From positions 1 to 34,634 of the IMG/VR virus record IMGVR_UViG_3300033412_000197: 34,634 bases of DNA. One strand, written 5' to 3'. The DNA is from a virus (Duplodnaviria > Caudoviricetes). The position numbers and the translations under genes are program-made. The notes beneath the pieces are model-generated. The model was not told the DNA's origin and made no database searches. It saw only the letters and a program-made list of their open reading frames with translations. Below are positions 26,646 to 34,634 of the stretch, in pieces (the stretch's first letter is position 1; each line of letters begins with the position of its first letter).

Positions 26646-28878
26646 AAAGATTTTTTCGCAACCGACTCTCAGGACGGGGAAATGGAACGAAGGAAAATGT
26701 TTTGAGGGTAAGAAGTACGACCGCAAGATGAAGTTTGCTTTTGTGGCGTTCGAGGATATCAACCCTGGCGCAGGGTACGTTATGAGTTGGCTTAAGAAGC
26801 AGGGGCATGACGTACAGTTATTCTTTGACCCGAAACAGGGAAACAGAGGGTATCAACAAAACAAGTTTGTGGAGAGGTTTTGCAATATTCAAGACTGGCT
26901 TATAAAAGAAATGAAAGAGTGGAAGCCAGACATAGCTTGTTTCACCGTCTTGTCAGCTACCTACCAAGCGGGCGTACAGTTTGCTGAAAGAGTAAAGAAA
27001 GAAGTAAAAGATGAATCTGGAAATCCTGTTCATATTGTTTTTGGTGGAACCATGCCGACCCTTGTCCCAGAAGTTGTTGCCGAAAATTGGTTTATTGATG
27101 AGGTTGTTCAGGGTGATGGCGTAAGACATTTTGGGGGTAAGTTTGAACCTGATAATTTGTGGCCTGAGCGCGATGACTTTTTCCGTGAGTTACCACCAGA
27201 GCATCGGCATACACAATTATTTATGACCTCTTACGGATGCCCATATAATCCACTCAGGGGCGATACGAAAGTAAATACTATTTATGGCTATATTCCAATA
27301 AAAGACATTTATGAGAGGGGATTCAAGAGTATTCCAGTTTATACTTATAATTTCAATACTGATAGAGTTGAGGTTTCTGATGCTGTTTCAATAGATAAAT
27401 ATGGGAAAAGTGAATTAATACGGGTTAATTTTACAGATGGCACGCATATTGATTGTTCGCCGGAGCATAGATTTTGGACTTTTAAAATAGGGAATCAATA
27501 CAATGGCGAATCATATTATGAAGAAAAGCCAATCATGGCAAAAGAATTAGTTGAAGGACAAAGAATAAAGGCTATCAGGTTTGAAGTTTCAGGCGGAGAA
27601 GAAAAAGGATATTTTGATGTATGTTGGGCCAGAAGGAAAAGAGATAAGGTTCATAGAATATTAATGGAATATAAAATCGGAAGAAGGATTGTTTCTGGGG
27701 AGGTTGTTCATCATAAAGATGGGAATAGATTTAATAATGATTTGGATAATTTAGAATTGTTTTCTTGCATGAAAGAACATTTAAGAAATCATCCTGAAAT
27801 TTCTGAGAGAATGAAAATTAATAATCCAATGTTTAATGAAGAATCAAAGAAAAAAAGAAAAACTACATTAAAAAAGGGATGGGCAACAGGGGCATACGAA
27901 AACCACAGGGTTAAATCTATACAATGGCTTAATGAAACAGATGATGTTTATTGTATGACCCTTCCTAAAAACGGATGGTTTTTTGCAAATAATGTTTTGG
28001 TTTCAAACTGTACATTCTGTGGAAACCAACAGCTAAGGGAAGTCGGTCAGTACGTTAAGATGAAGCGAACGGTAGAAAGCTGTATCGCAGAGTTAAAGAT
28101 GATGAAGGAAAAGTATGGATTAAGAAATGTCTTATTTGTTGACGACATTCTAACGCTAGACAAGAAGTGGTTGATGCAGTTTTTACCAGAATATCGTAAG
28201 TACGTTAACGTGCCATTCGCCTGTTTCGGTCACGTTAATTGCATTGACGAAGAAATGGTAAAAGAAATGGCATTGTCAAAATGTCAAACGATGTGGTTTG
28301 GGATTCAGTCTGGATGTCCTCAGCATAGAAAAGAAATTTTAGATAGGCCTGAAACAAATGAACAGATTATCAAGGTTGCCGGATGGGTAAAGAAATACGG
28401 AATAAAATTGATGGTAGACCATATCTCAGGGCTTCCCTACGAATCCGACATGACGCACGAACTTAGCTATAATCTTTATCAGCAAATTAATGCGGATGTT
28501 ATAAATGTTTATGAGTGTCTTTATTTTCCGAAGGCGAAGATTAACGAACACGCTTTAAAGGTTGGGTATTTAGTTAAAGATGATATATATAAGATTAACC
28601 GCGGACTTCATGTAGTTTATCAGCAGAATAACAAGGGGCATCATTTTTATGATAAATGGGCAAAGTCTATTGTGGCGCTTCCCCTGGGTGGCGGATTTTG
28701 GGAGTTTATGCCGTTGGCGATTATAAAACTTTTTGTTCATCTTAAGGCTGGTCGAGGATACATAGCCAACGCAATGATTCAGAATGAATTTTTCTTTACA
28801 TACAGGGCGATTCTTAAAAAACTAGGGTTAATGAAACATCCAGCAAATGCGAAGTCTAATAGCAAAGTACATAGTTAA
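26629..28878 (+). CDS. B12-binding-domain radical SAM enzyme (class B methyltransferase-like), intein-containing
   Basis: VFGGTMPTLVPE, TSYGCPYN-[intein]-CTFC, FVDDIL, FGIQSG, GLPYES; start may be 26728. Confidence 0.88.
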   Translation: MQTQTEKIFSQPTLRTGKWNEGKCFEGKKYDRKMKFAFVAFEDINPGAGYVMSWLKKQGHDVQLFFDPKQGNRGYQQNKFVERFCNIQDWLIKEMKEWKPDIACFTVLSATYQAGVQFAERVKKEVKDESGNPVHIVFGGTMPTLVPEVVAENWFIDEVVQGDGVRHFGGKFEPDNLWPERDDFFRELPPEHRHTQLFMTSYGCPYNPLRGDTKVNTIYGYIPIKDIYERGFKSIPVYTYNFNTDRVEVSDAVSIDKYGKSELIRVNFTDGTHIDCSPEHRFWTFKIGNQYNGESYYEEKPIMAKELVEGQRIKAIRFEVSGGEEKGYFDVCWARRKRDKVHRILMEYKIGRRIVSGEVVHHKDGNRFNNDLDNLELFSCMKEHLRNHPEISERMKINNPMFNEESKKKRKTTLKKGWATGAYENHRVKSIQWLNETDDVYCMTLPKNGWFFANNVLVSNCTFCGNQQLREVGQYVKMKRTVESCIAELKMMKEKYGLRNVLFVDDILTLDKKWLMQFLPEYRKYVNVPFACFGHVNCIDEEMVKEMALSKCQTMWFGIQSGCPQHRKEILDRPETNEQIIKVAGWVKKYGIKLMVDHISGLPYESDMTHELSYNLYQQINADVINVYECLYFPKAKINEHALKVGYLVKDDIYKINRGLHVVYQQNNKGHHFYDKWAKSIVALPLGGGFWEFMPLAIIKLFVHLKAGRGYIANAMIQNEFFFTYRAILKKLGLMKHPANAKSNSKVHS
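27250..28008 (+). mobile_element. Intein (253 aa) with HNH endonuclease and non-canonical Pro1
   Basis: PLRGDTKV block A, CSPEHRF block B, VYCMTL block F, FFANNVLVSN/C block G; removal restores CPYNCTFC. Confidence 0.92.
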
Positions 28879-29440
28879 GCCGTTTAAGTCTTTTCCATAC
28901 CTTGGAAGATTCAGATTTTGGTGTCTTTATTTGTCTTATAAAATTACCGGGTGGCACATTCGGGATGTTGAATGGGATTTTGTTTTAGATTATTTGCCGA
29001 AACTTGATAAATGGCAAGCTAGCAAGGTTCTTGATGTTGGGTGTTCCCGCAATCTTTTTTGCCACGAAGTTATTTCCCGAGGGTATAAACTTTATGGAGT
29101 TGACCTAGAGAAGCCAGGCTTTGAATATCCTGGGTCATTTTTATTGTGGGATATAAGAACAAAAAATAAAATGCTTTCCAACTTTGATTTTGTAACCTGC
29201 ATATCAGTTTTAGAGCATATTGAAGAAGGCAAAAATGATGCTCTTTACCAAATGATTAATTGCCTTTCTGTTGGCGGAAGGCTTTTAATAACCATCCCAA
29301 CCAAAGATTTTGCACAAGGGCATCCTTGGGATGGATTCACAAGAAAAGAATTTGAAAATATATTGCCGAACAACTGTAAGATTTCAAATTGCATTGAAAA
29401 AAAGGGACAGTTCTGCATGGCAATAGAAAGAACAGAATGA
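28847..29440 (+). CDS. Class I SAM-dependent methyltransferase
   Basis: KVLDVGC, YGVDL, FDFVTCISVLEHI, L..GGRLLITIP. Confidence 0.9.
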   Translation: MRSLIAKYIVKPFKSFPYLGRFRFWCLYLSYKITGWHIRDVEWDFVLDYLPKLDKWQASKVLDVGCSRNLFCHEVISRGYKLYGVDLEKPGFEYPGSFLLWDIRTKNKMLSNFDFVTCISVLEHIEEGKNDALYQMINCLSVGGRLLITIPTKDFAQGHPWDGFTRKEFENILPNNCKISNCIEKKGQFCMAIERTE

Positions 29441-29628
29441 GTTATTGTCCTGGGCTTACAAAGCAACATAAAAAAATAACAAAGCATATTGTAAAAAACA
29501 TTGGTACAAACCAATGCGCGCCGGAAGACATTAGGATATTTAATGCTTATCATCAAGAGTCTTTGCGTGCTTTTTATGGAGAAAGAAGAAAACGGTGGGG
29601 ATATCACCCATCAACAACAAGAAGATGA
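29437..29628 (+). CDS. Small hypothetical protein
   Basis: ATGA overlaps at both ends. Confidence 0.45.
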   Translation: MSYCPGLTKQHKKITKHIVKNIGTNQCAPEDIRIFNAYHQESLRAFYGERRKRWGYHPSTTRR

Positions 29629-30380
29629 AAGAAATATCCGCATTGGTTTATTCTAAAATCCGCAGTCCATTTATATTTATTTGCACGAGCGCAGGGTTAA
29701 CTTCTTTAAAAATAAGCCTTATAAACCATTTTATAACAATTTTATTTGGATGTTATTTTTTCAGCCGGGGGGAATATGTCTTTGGACTTCTTGGGGTTGG
29801 GATTTGTTTTATTAACGGTTTTCTTGATTATCTTGATGGTGATGTGGCACGAAGCAATAATGCTAGGAATCCCGTTGCCGCATGGTGGGATTCCGGGTTT
29901 GATGTGATTATTCAAAGCATTGTAATGGGAGCCATTGCAATTGGATGCCACAAGAACGGGCTTTCTTTAATATGGATAATTATGTTTTATATTGGCAACT
30001 CGGCGAATAATTGGGTGAGCTTTAATTATAATGAGAAGTTTGGGTTTGATAGCGACAAAGGAAACAGTCTTTTTAGAATGATAATGGATAGAAAATGCCA
30101 TATTGTTAATAAGTTTTTAAGGGACATTATTGACCCAACATCTAACCATTTAACCCTGGCTATTTATACATATAGATATTGGATTGTTTTTGGGTATATT
30201 TTAGGAGTTATGCCGACATTTTTTAAGGTAATAACTATAATCGGGAACATTAAATGGGTTGTTATGTTTTTGGTTTATTCTGTTTATTTAAGCGGTTGGG
30301 ACAAATTATTTGTGATAAAAGCATTAAGCGCATTAGATGATGAAAAAGAAGATTTCTATTGCCTCAGAATACAAAAATAA
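29625..30380 (+). CDS. CDP-alcohol phosphotransferase family membrane protein
   Basis: DYLDGDVAR...AWWDSGFD motif, multiple TM helices. Confidence 0.9.
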   Translation: MKEISALVYSKIRSPFIFICTSAGLTSLKISLINHFITILFGCYFFSRGEYVFGLLGVGICFINGFLDYLDGDVARSNNARNPVAAWWDSGFDVIIQSIVMGAIAIGCHKNGLSLIWIIMFYIGNSANNWVSFNYNEKFGFDSDKGNSLFRMIMDRKCHIVNKFLRDIIDPTSNHLTLAIYTYRYWIVFGYILGVMPTFFKVITIIGNIKWVVMFLVYSVYLSGWDKLFVIKALSALDDEKEDFYCLRIQK

Positions 30381-30426
30381 AAATTGCCTTAATTGCGGAA
30401 AGAAATTGGTGGAGGTTATGTAGGTC

Positions 30427-31071
30427 ATGTCATTAAAAATACGACAAAGTAAATGTAAAAAAGAATTAAATTCTGCATATTCTATCGTTGATTTATTTGA
30501 AAGAACGATAGCAAAATACGCCGGCTCAAAATATGGTGTTGCGGTAGAGAGTTGTTGTTCTGCAATATTTTTAAGCCTTTTATATGATAAGCCTTTTATG
30601 GCATCAATTCCAAGGTTTACATATCCAGGCGTTGCGTGTTCTGTAATAAATTCTGGGGTTAGTTTGTGTATTAGGTATGGGATTGATAACTGGAGTGGAG
30701 CATACAGAATACGCGGAACAAGAGTAATAGATAGCGCATTAAGGTTTAAGCGTGGGATGTATAAAAATGGAACCTTATATTGCCTTTCTTTTCATGCCAA
30801 GAAACACCTTCCGATAGGTCGTGGCGGCATGATACTTACCGATGATAAGTTGGCGTACGAATGGCTAAAGAAGGCAAGGTTTGACGGAAGGTCTGAAAAG
30901 CCGTTAAACAAAGACAATATTGAAATGGTCGGATGGAATATGTATTTAACCCCAGAGCAAGCGGCGAGAGGATTAATGTTGTTTGATTTGATTAAAAACA
31001 AAGACCTTAAAGACATTGATTGGAGAACCCAGGGATATCCTGACCTTGGGAAGGTAGAGGCTTATAAATGA
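30427..31071 (+). CDS. Short DegT/DnrJ-family PLP-dependent enzyme
   Basis: FE..IAKYAGSKYGVAVES, SFHAKKHLPIGRGGMILTDD, GWNMYL...AARGL; lacks usual C-terminal domain. Confidence 0.8.
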   Translation: MSLKIRQSKCKKELNSAYSIVDLFERTIAKYAGSKYGVAVESCCSAIFLSLLYDKPFMASIPRFTYPGVACSVINSGVSLCIRYGIDNWSGAYRIRGTRVIDSALRFKRGMYKNGTLYCLSFHAKKHLPIGRGGMILTDDKLAYEWLKKARFDGRSEKPLNKDNIEMVGWNMYLTPEQAARGLMLFDLIKNKDLKDIDWRTQGYPDLGKVEAYK

Positions 31072-31841
31072 ATCAGGTTTTAGTTAGTGCGGGCGATGCG
31101 TGGACTGCCAAGTTAATTCAAGAAGCCGGATTTGATGGAATTTGGATTAGCGGATTTGAGGCTTGCGCAAGGCTTAACCTTCCCGACAATGGTTCAATTA
31201 CAATGGATGAAATGTTAAGGATATGTAAGCCAATTATTGAATCTGTAAAAATTCCTGTATGGGTTGACGTAGATACCGGTTATGGGAATTTTCAAAGAAC
31301 AGTTAGGGAATTTGAGAGGATTGGAGCTTATGGTGTTTGCGTACAAGATGATTTAGAGGGGCATAAAACTAATTCTCTTTGGGGTGGCGATAGTCCACTT
31401 ATGTCTTCAAAAGATTTTTCAAAGAAGATTTCAGTTAAAAGAAACAAGATAAAAATTATGGCAAGAACCGAATCATTAATACGTGGTTTGGGGGCAGGAG
31501 AAGCCTTAACAAGGCTTTTGGAATATCACGCCGCTGGTGCAGATTATCTTCTTCCACATACAAGGCTTGAGAACTTATTATTTGATTTTACTGATGAGGT
31601 TTCATTAAGTGAAAAAATGAATTTTGCTATAGTTCCGACAAAATTTCCAAATATAAAGAATGAAGATTTATTTAGGCTTGGGTATTGTATGGTTATTTGG
31701 GCAAACCAAACGGAGCGCACAAAGATTAAATCAATTCGGGAAATGTTAAAAATTTTAAAGGGCGAAGATTGTTCAGTTAGTATAGACGGTAAAATGGCGG
31801 CGACGCTGGATGAGATGAAAGGGCTTTTACCAGATGAGTGA
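31068..31841 (+). CDS. pepM: Phosphoenolpyruvate phosphomutase (divergent)
   Basis: GIWISGF, DVDTGYG, KTNSL loop, ARTESLI.G.G..EAL.R...Y..AGAD, IVPTK, MVIWAN; adjacent to decarboxylase genes. Confidence 0.85.
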   Translation: MNQVLVSAGDAWTAKLIQEAGFDGIWISGFEACARLNLPDNGSITMDEMLRICKPIIESVKIPVWVDVDTGYGNFQRTVREFERIGAYGVCVQDDLEGHKTNSLWGGDSPLMSSKDFSKKISVKRNKIKIMARTESLIRGLGAGEALTRLLEYHAAGADYLLPHTRLENLLFDFTDEVSLSEKMNFAIVPTKFPNIKNEDLFRLGYCMVIWANQTERTKIKSIREMLKILKGEDCSVSIDGKMAATLDEMKGLLPDE

Positions 31842-32199
31842 GTGGGATGTTGTTTTGGGGGTTCCATCTGAGGGCATAGTACATGAAAGCGAAATACCTT
31901 GTACTCGTGAAGATGAAGCTTTGGCGGTGGCGTTTGGGTACTGGCTTTGTGGCGCACAGCCAAGGGTGTTTATGCAAAATTCAGGTTGGGGAAATTCGCT
32001 TGATTGCATAACTTCACTATGGATGCCATACGCCGAGTTTAGTGAAGAAGGAAGCATGGATTTGGTTGTTTCAAATAGGACAGATCCGGAACACCATATG
32101 TATATGGGAACTTTTTTTATTAACTATCACAAGAGGTTACAAGATGTCTTTAACGCGGTACGAAGCCATTGCGACAATAATGAAAAATGTCAAGGATGA
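31834..32199 (+). CDS. Phosphonopyruvate decarboxylase alpha subunit (TPP PYR domain, ComD-like)
   Basis: TREDEALAVAFG...VFMQNSGWGN. Confidence 0.85.
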   Translation: MSEWDVVLGVPSEGIVHESEIPCTREDEALAVAFGYWLCGAQPRVFMQNSGWGNSLDCITSLWMPYAEFSEEGSMDLVVSNRTDPEHHMYMGTFFINYHKRLQDVFNAVRSHCDNNEKCQG

Positions 32200-32644
32200 A
32201 GTTGTAGTATCATCCACGGGAATGATTTCAAGGGAAGTTTATAAATATAAAGATAGGGATTTAAACTTTTATATGATGGGTTCAATGGGCATGGCGCTAG
32301 CCATTGGAATTGGGATAGCGCTTAGAAGAAAAGATTTAAAGGTTATTGTTATAAATGGCGATGGTTCTGCATTAATGAGCATGGGTACATTTGCGCTGCA
32401 TAAATGGTGTTATTTTAATAAAGACATGAAAAATTTAAGGCATTATATCCTGGATAATAATGTCCATGCAACAACTGGCGGACAAAAAACCGCAAGCGAT
32501 ATGGTTGTGTTTGATGATTTGGCACCAGAAACATATACAATACAAGTTTTGCCAGGTAAGGGCGATGCTCCAAGGATACCATTAAGACCGTGCAGAATAT
32601 CAGAAAGATTTAAAAATGCGATACTTTGTAAGCAAATCAAATAG
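32144..32644 (+). CDS. Phosphonopyruvate decarboxylase beta subunit (TPP PP domain, ComE-like)
   Basis: STGMISRE, FYMMGSMG, GDGSALM...LDNNVHATTGGQ; GAGG SD before ATG 32144. Confidence 0.9.
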   Translation: MSLTRYEAIATIMKNVKDEVVVSSTGMISREVYKYKDRDLNFYMMGSMGMALAIGIGIALRRKDLKVIVINGDGSALMSMGTFALHKWCYFNKDMKNLRHYILDNNVHATTGGQKTASDMVVFDDLAPETYTIQVLPGKGDAPRIPLRPCRISERFKNAILCKQIK

Positions 32645-33095
32645 GAAAAATTTAAAAAGAATAATTATTGCCATAGGTGGGGGGAGCGTTATTGATGGGG
32701 CGAAAATCTACGCAAGAAAACATAAAAAAATTCTTATTGCAATCCCGACAACAGCAAGCGGGGCAAGCGAAACAAGCCACGCCGTTAAATGGGGAAAAGA
32801 AAAAATCAACATTAAAACCGCAACCCCGATTTCTTCATCACCGCCGTTTAAAGTGAAATTATCTAAAAGGGTTAGGGCGCAGACCACTTTAGATTGTTTA
32901 GGGCAATTGGTTGACGTTATGAATATTTGTTCTGACAATGATTTGATTGAGATTGGAAGACAGGTTGGACAATGGTTAGAGAAGTACCCATCGAACTTAA
33001 CGCATCCCATGAGTTATCCTTTAACCTTAAAATATGGGGTTCCCCATGGGTTTGCGGTTGGCCTTGCATTAAGGGGGCTTGGAATAATTAAATGA
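32616..33095 (+). CDS. Miniature Fe-containing alcohol dehydrogenase, phosphonoacetaldehyde reductase-like
   Basis: AIGGGSVIDGAK, AIPTTASGASE, LDCLGQ, HPMSYPLT..YGVPHG. Confidence 0.8.
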   Translation: MRYFVSKSNRKNLKRIIIAIGGGSVIDGAKIYARKHKKILIAIPTTASGASETSHAVKWGKEKINIKTATPISSSPPFKVKLSKRVRAQTTLDCLGQLVDVMNICSDNDLIEIGRQVGQWLEKYPSNLTHPMSYPLTLKYGVPHGFAVGLALRGLGIIK

Positions 33096-33514
33096 AATTT
33101 CCCGAATATGGATATTGTGCTGTTACCGCTGACTTCTTGCACATAGGGCATATTGAGTTTTTAAGAGAGTGCAGAAAGTTTTTAGACCCAAAGCATGGCA
33201 AGTTAATTGTTGGCATCATGTCCGACGAAGAAGTAAAAGGAAGAAAGAAAAGATTGCCAATAATGAATCAATATGAAAGGGCGGAAGTTGTTAGGTGCGT
33301 TAAATACGTTAGCGGTGTAATGATTCAAGACACATTTGATTTTTCTCATAGTGTAATGCGGCTAAAGAAGTTTTATGGAGATGATTTTATAATAATGGAT
33401 TCGGATGAAAACGCAAAGAAAAGAAGCGGTGCGGATATAATTATACCTGGCGGAATTAATAGAAAACATGGAATCACCAGCAAACAAAAAGCTAAAAGTC
33501 CTGATAATAGCTAA
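33092..33514 (+). CDS. HxGH cytidylyltransferase
   Basis: ADFLHIGH, LIVGIMSDE...KKRLPIM...ER.EVV..VKYV. Confidence 0.9.
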   Translation: MKFPEYGYCAVTADFLHIGHIEFLRECRKFLDPKHGKLIVGIMSDEEVKGRKKRLPIMNQYERAEVVRCVKYVSGVMIQDTFDFSHSVMRLKKFYGDDFIIMDSDENAKKRSGADIIIPGGINRKHGITSKQKAKSPDNS

Positions 33515-34568
33515 CGCAAGATTTAATGGCGGAGCAAGCGGGGGAGATAAAATTTATGAGTCATTTATCCGATACTGGAAAGACGTTGATTTTGACGTTT
33601 GGGAGTCTAAATGGTGCGATTATAAGCCTTTTGCATTGTGTTATGCACACCGTATTTGTATTACCATTTTTGCTAGTTTGTTCAATTTTAGGAGTTATGA
33701 CCTGGTGTATTCAGCTAGTGATTTCCTTCCTGACGCTTTGGGTGGCGTTATACTCAGACTTAAAGGGATTAAGTGGGTTGCGGGATTCTACCTCACAGCC
33801 TTCAGGCAAAACGCAATCCACTACTACACACAAAAGGTGGTCAGAAAATTGATTGAATGGTTAGCTGATATGGTCATTGTTACTAACCCTACAATGTATT
33901 GTATATTTCCAGACAAGAAAAAGACGTGGATTAACGGAGGGATAGAAACAAAACTTTCTGGAATAACGGATGATTTAAAACTTTATGATGCAGTTTTTTG
34001 TGGAAGGATACACCCATCGAAAGGAATAGATGAGTTAATAGAAATTTGGAATAAGGTATTAATGAAAAAGCCGGACGCTAAATTGGCCGTTATTGGTGAT
34101 GGCGATTTGGGAATAAGGTATATGAAAGATAGGTTATGGAACAAAAGCGTTCATTATTTTGGGTATATGGGGGATGAAAGGTATCGTATATTTAAGAAAA
34201 GCAAAATGGTTCTTTATCCAACGCCGGAAAAGTGGGAACATTTTTCAATGGCGCCGGTTGAAGCCATGAGTTGCGGATGCCCAATGATAGCATTTAATAC
34301 TTCCGTTAATCAGTATTTTTGTTATTCCTTGGGAATGGTTGGTTGTATTTTGCCAAGGAGCATCGGAGAGTTTGCCAACACGATTGTTGAAACAATTAAT
34401 ACTGGCTCATGGAAAAAACATTCATTAGAAGCGATGACATGGGCGATGCAGTTTGATTATAAAAAACAATCATTAAGAGTTCAAAAAGACATAATAAGGG
34501 AGATTTATGAAGATACTGATTACCGGAGCGCGGGGGATGGTTGGAGTGGCGCTTTGCAAGCTGCTTGA
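33468..34568 (+). CDS. GT4 glycosyltransferase
   Basis: SGGD, FCGRIHPSKG, VIGDG, EHFSMAPVEAMSCG. Confidence 0.9.
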   Translation: MESPANKKLKVLIIANARFNGGASGGDKIYESFIRYWKDVDFDVWESKWCDYKPFALCYAHRICITIFASLFNFRSYDLVYSASDFLPDALGGVILRLKGIKWVAGFYLTAFRQNAIHYYTQKVVRKLIEWLADMVIVTNPTMYCIFPDKKKTWINGGIETKLSGITDDLKLYDAVFCGRIHPSKGIDELIEIWNKVLMKKPDAKLAVIGDGDLGIRYMKDRLWNKSVHYFGYMGDERYRIFKKSKMVLYPTPEKWEHFSMAPVEAMSCGCPMIAFNTSVNQYFCYSLGMVGCILPRSIGEFANTIVETINTGSWKKHSLEAMTWAMQFDYKKQSLRVQKDIIREIYEDTDYRSAGDGWSGALQAA

Positions 34569-34634
34569 AGAAAAAAAAGTAAAAACAATAACGCCATCAA
34601 GGTATCAGCTTAACATCGGGAACTTTGACCAAGT
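34507..34634 (+). CDS. NAD(P)-dependent sugar reductase/epimerase, RmlD-like (partial, runs off window)
   Basis: GGGAG SD; MKILITGARGMVGVAL...SRYQLNI. Confidence 0.75.
   Translation, partial: MKILITGARGMVGVALCKLLEEKKVKTITPSRYQLNIGNFDQ

Noticed and set aside
30340-30440. Zn-finger remnant (CLNC and CRSC in different frames) before the DegT-like gene
   Set aside because: Needs frameshifts to join; too short to support
31834-32644. Coenzyme M sulfopyruvate decarboxylase (ComDE)
   Set aside because: Same split architecture, but PepM and Fe-ADH neighbours favour phosphonopyruvate; no comABC seen
22327-34634. DNA hypermodification as the main purpose of the cluster
   Set aside because: No base hydroxymethylase, TET/JBP or DNA polymerase in the window, and membrane/lipid-carrier enzymes point to surface glycans; not excluded by genes outside the window

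Overview
AT-rich fragment of a tailed (siphovirus-like) phage or prophage, with essentially all real genes on the + strand. 1-12.6 kb is a neck/tail morphogenesis operon (head-tail connector, HK97 gp10-like protein, LamG plus Thr-rich repeat protein, tail tube, frameshifted tail chaperones, tape measure, Dit, hub, tail fibre, exported protein, small holin-like ORF) closed by an intrinsic terminator. 12.6-22.3 kb is an early/replication/accessory region (RHH regulator, signal-anchored M15 peptidase, Cas4-like nuclease, RmlB, HTH, NinG-like nuclease, metallophosphoesterase, many small ORFs, structured RNA candidates, a (Ser-X)24 peptide). It contains a bacterial oriC-like element with DnaA boxes, GC spacer, DnaA-trios and an AT-rich tract. 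22.3-34.6 kb is a tightly coupled glycan/phosphonate operon: four glycosyltransferases, two B12-binding radical SAM enzymes (one split by an atypical Pro-start HNH intein), a methyltransferase, CDP-alcohol phosphotransferase, DegT-like PLP enzyme, PEP mutase, split phosphonopyruvate decarboxylase, mini Fe-ADH, cytidylyltransferase and a partial RmlD-like SDR. The standout candidates are a phage-encoded hydroxyethylphosphonate-glycan pathway and an oriC mimic that may use host DnaA. All calls come from motif recognition by eye; no searches were run.
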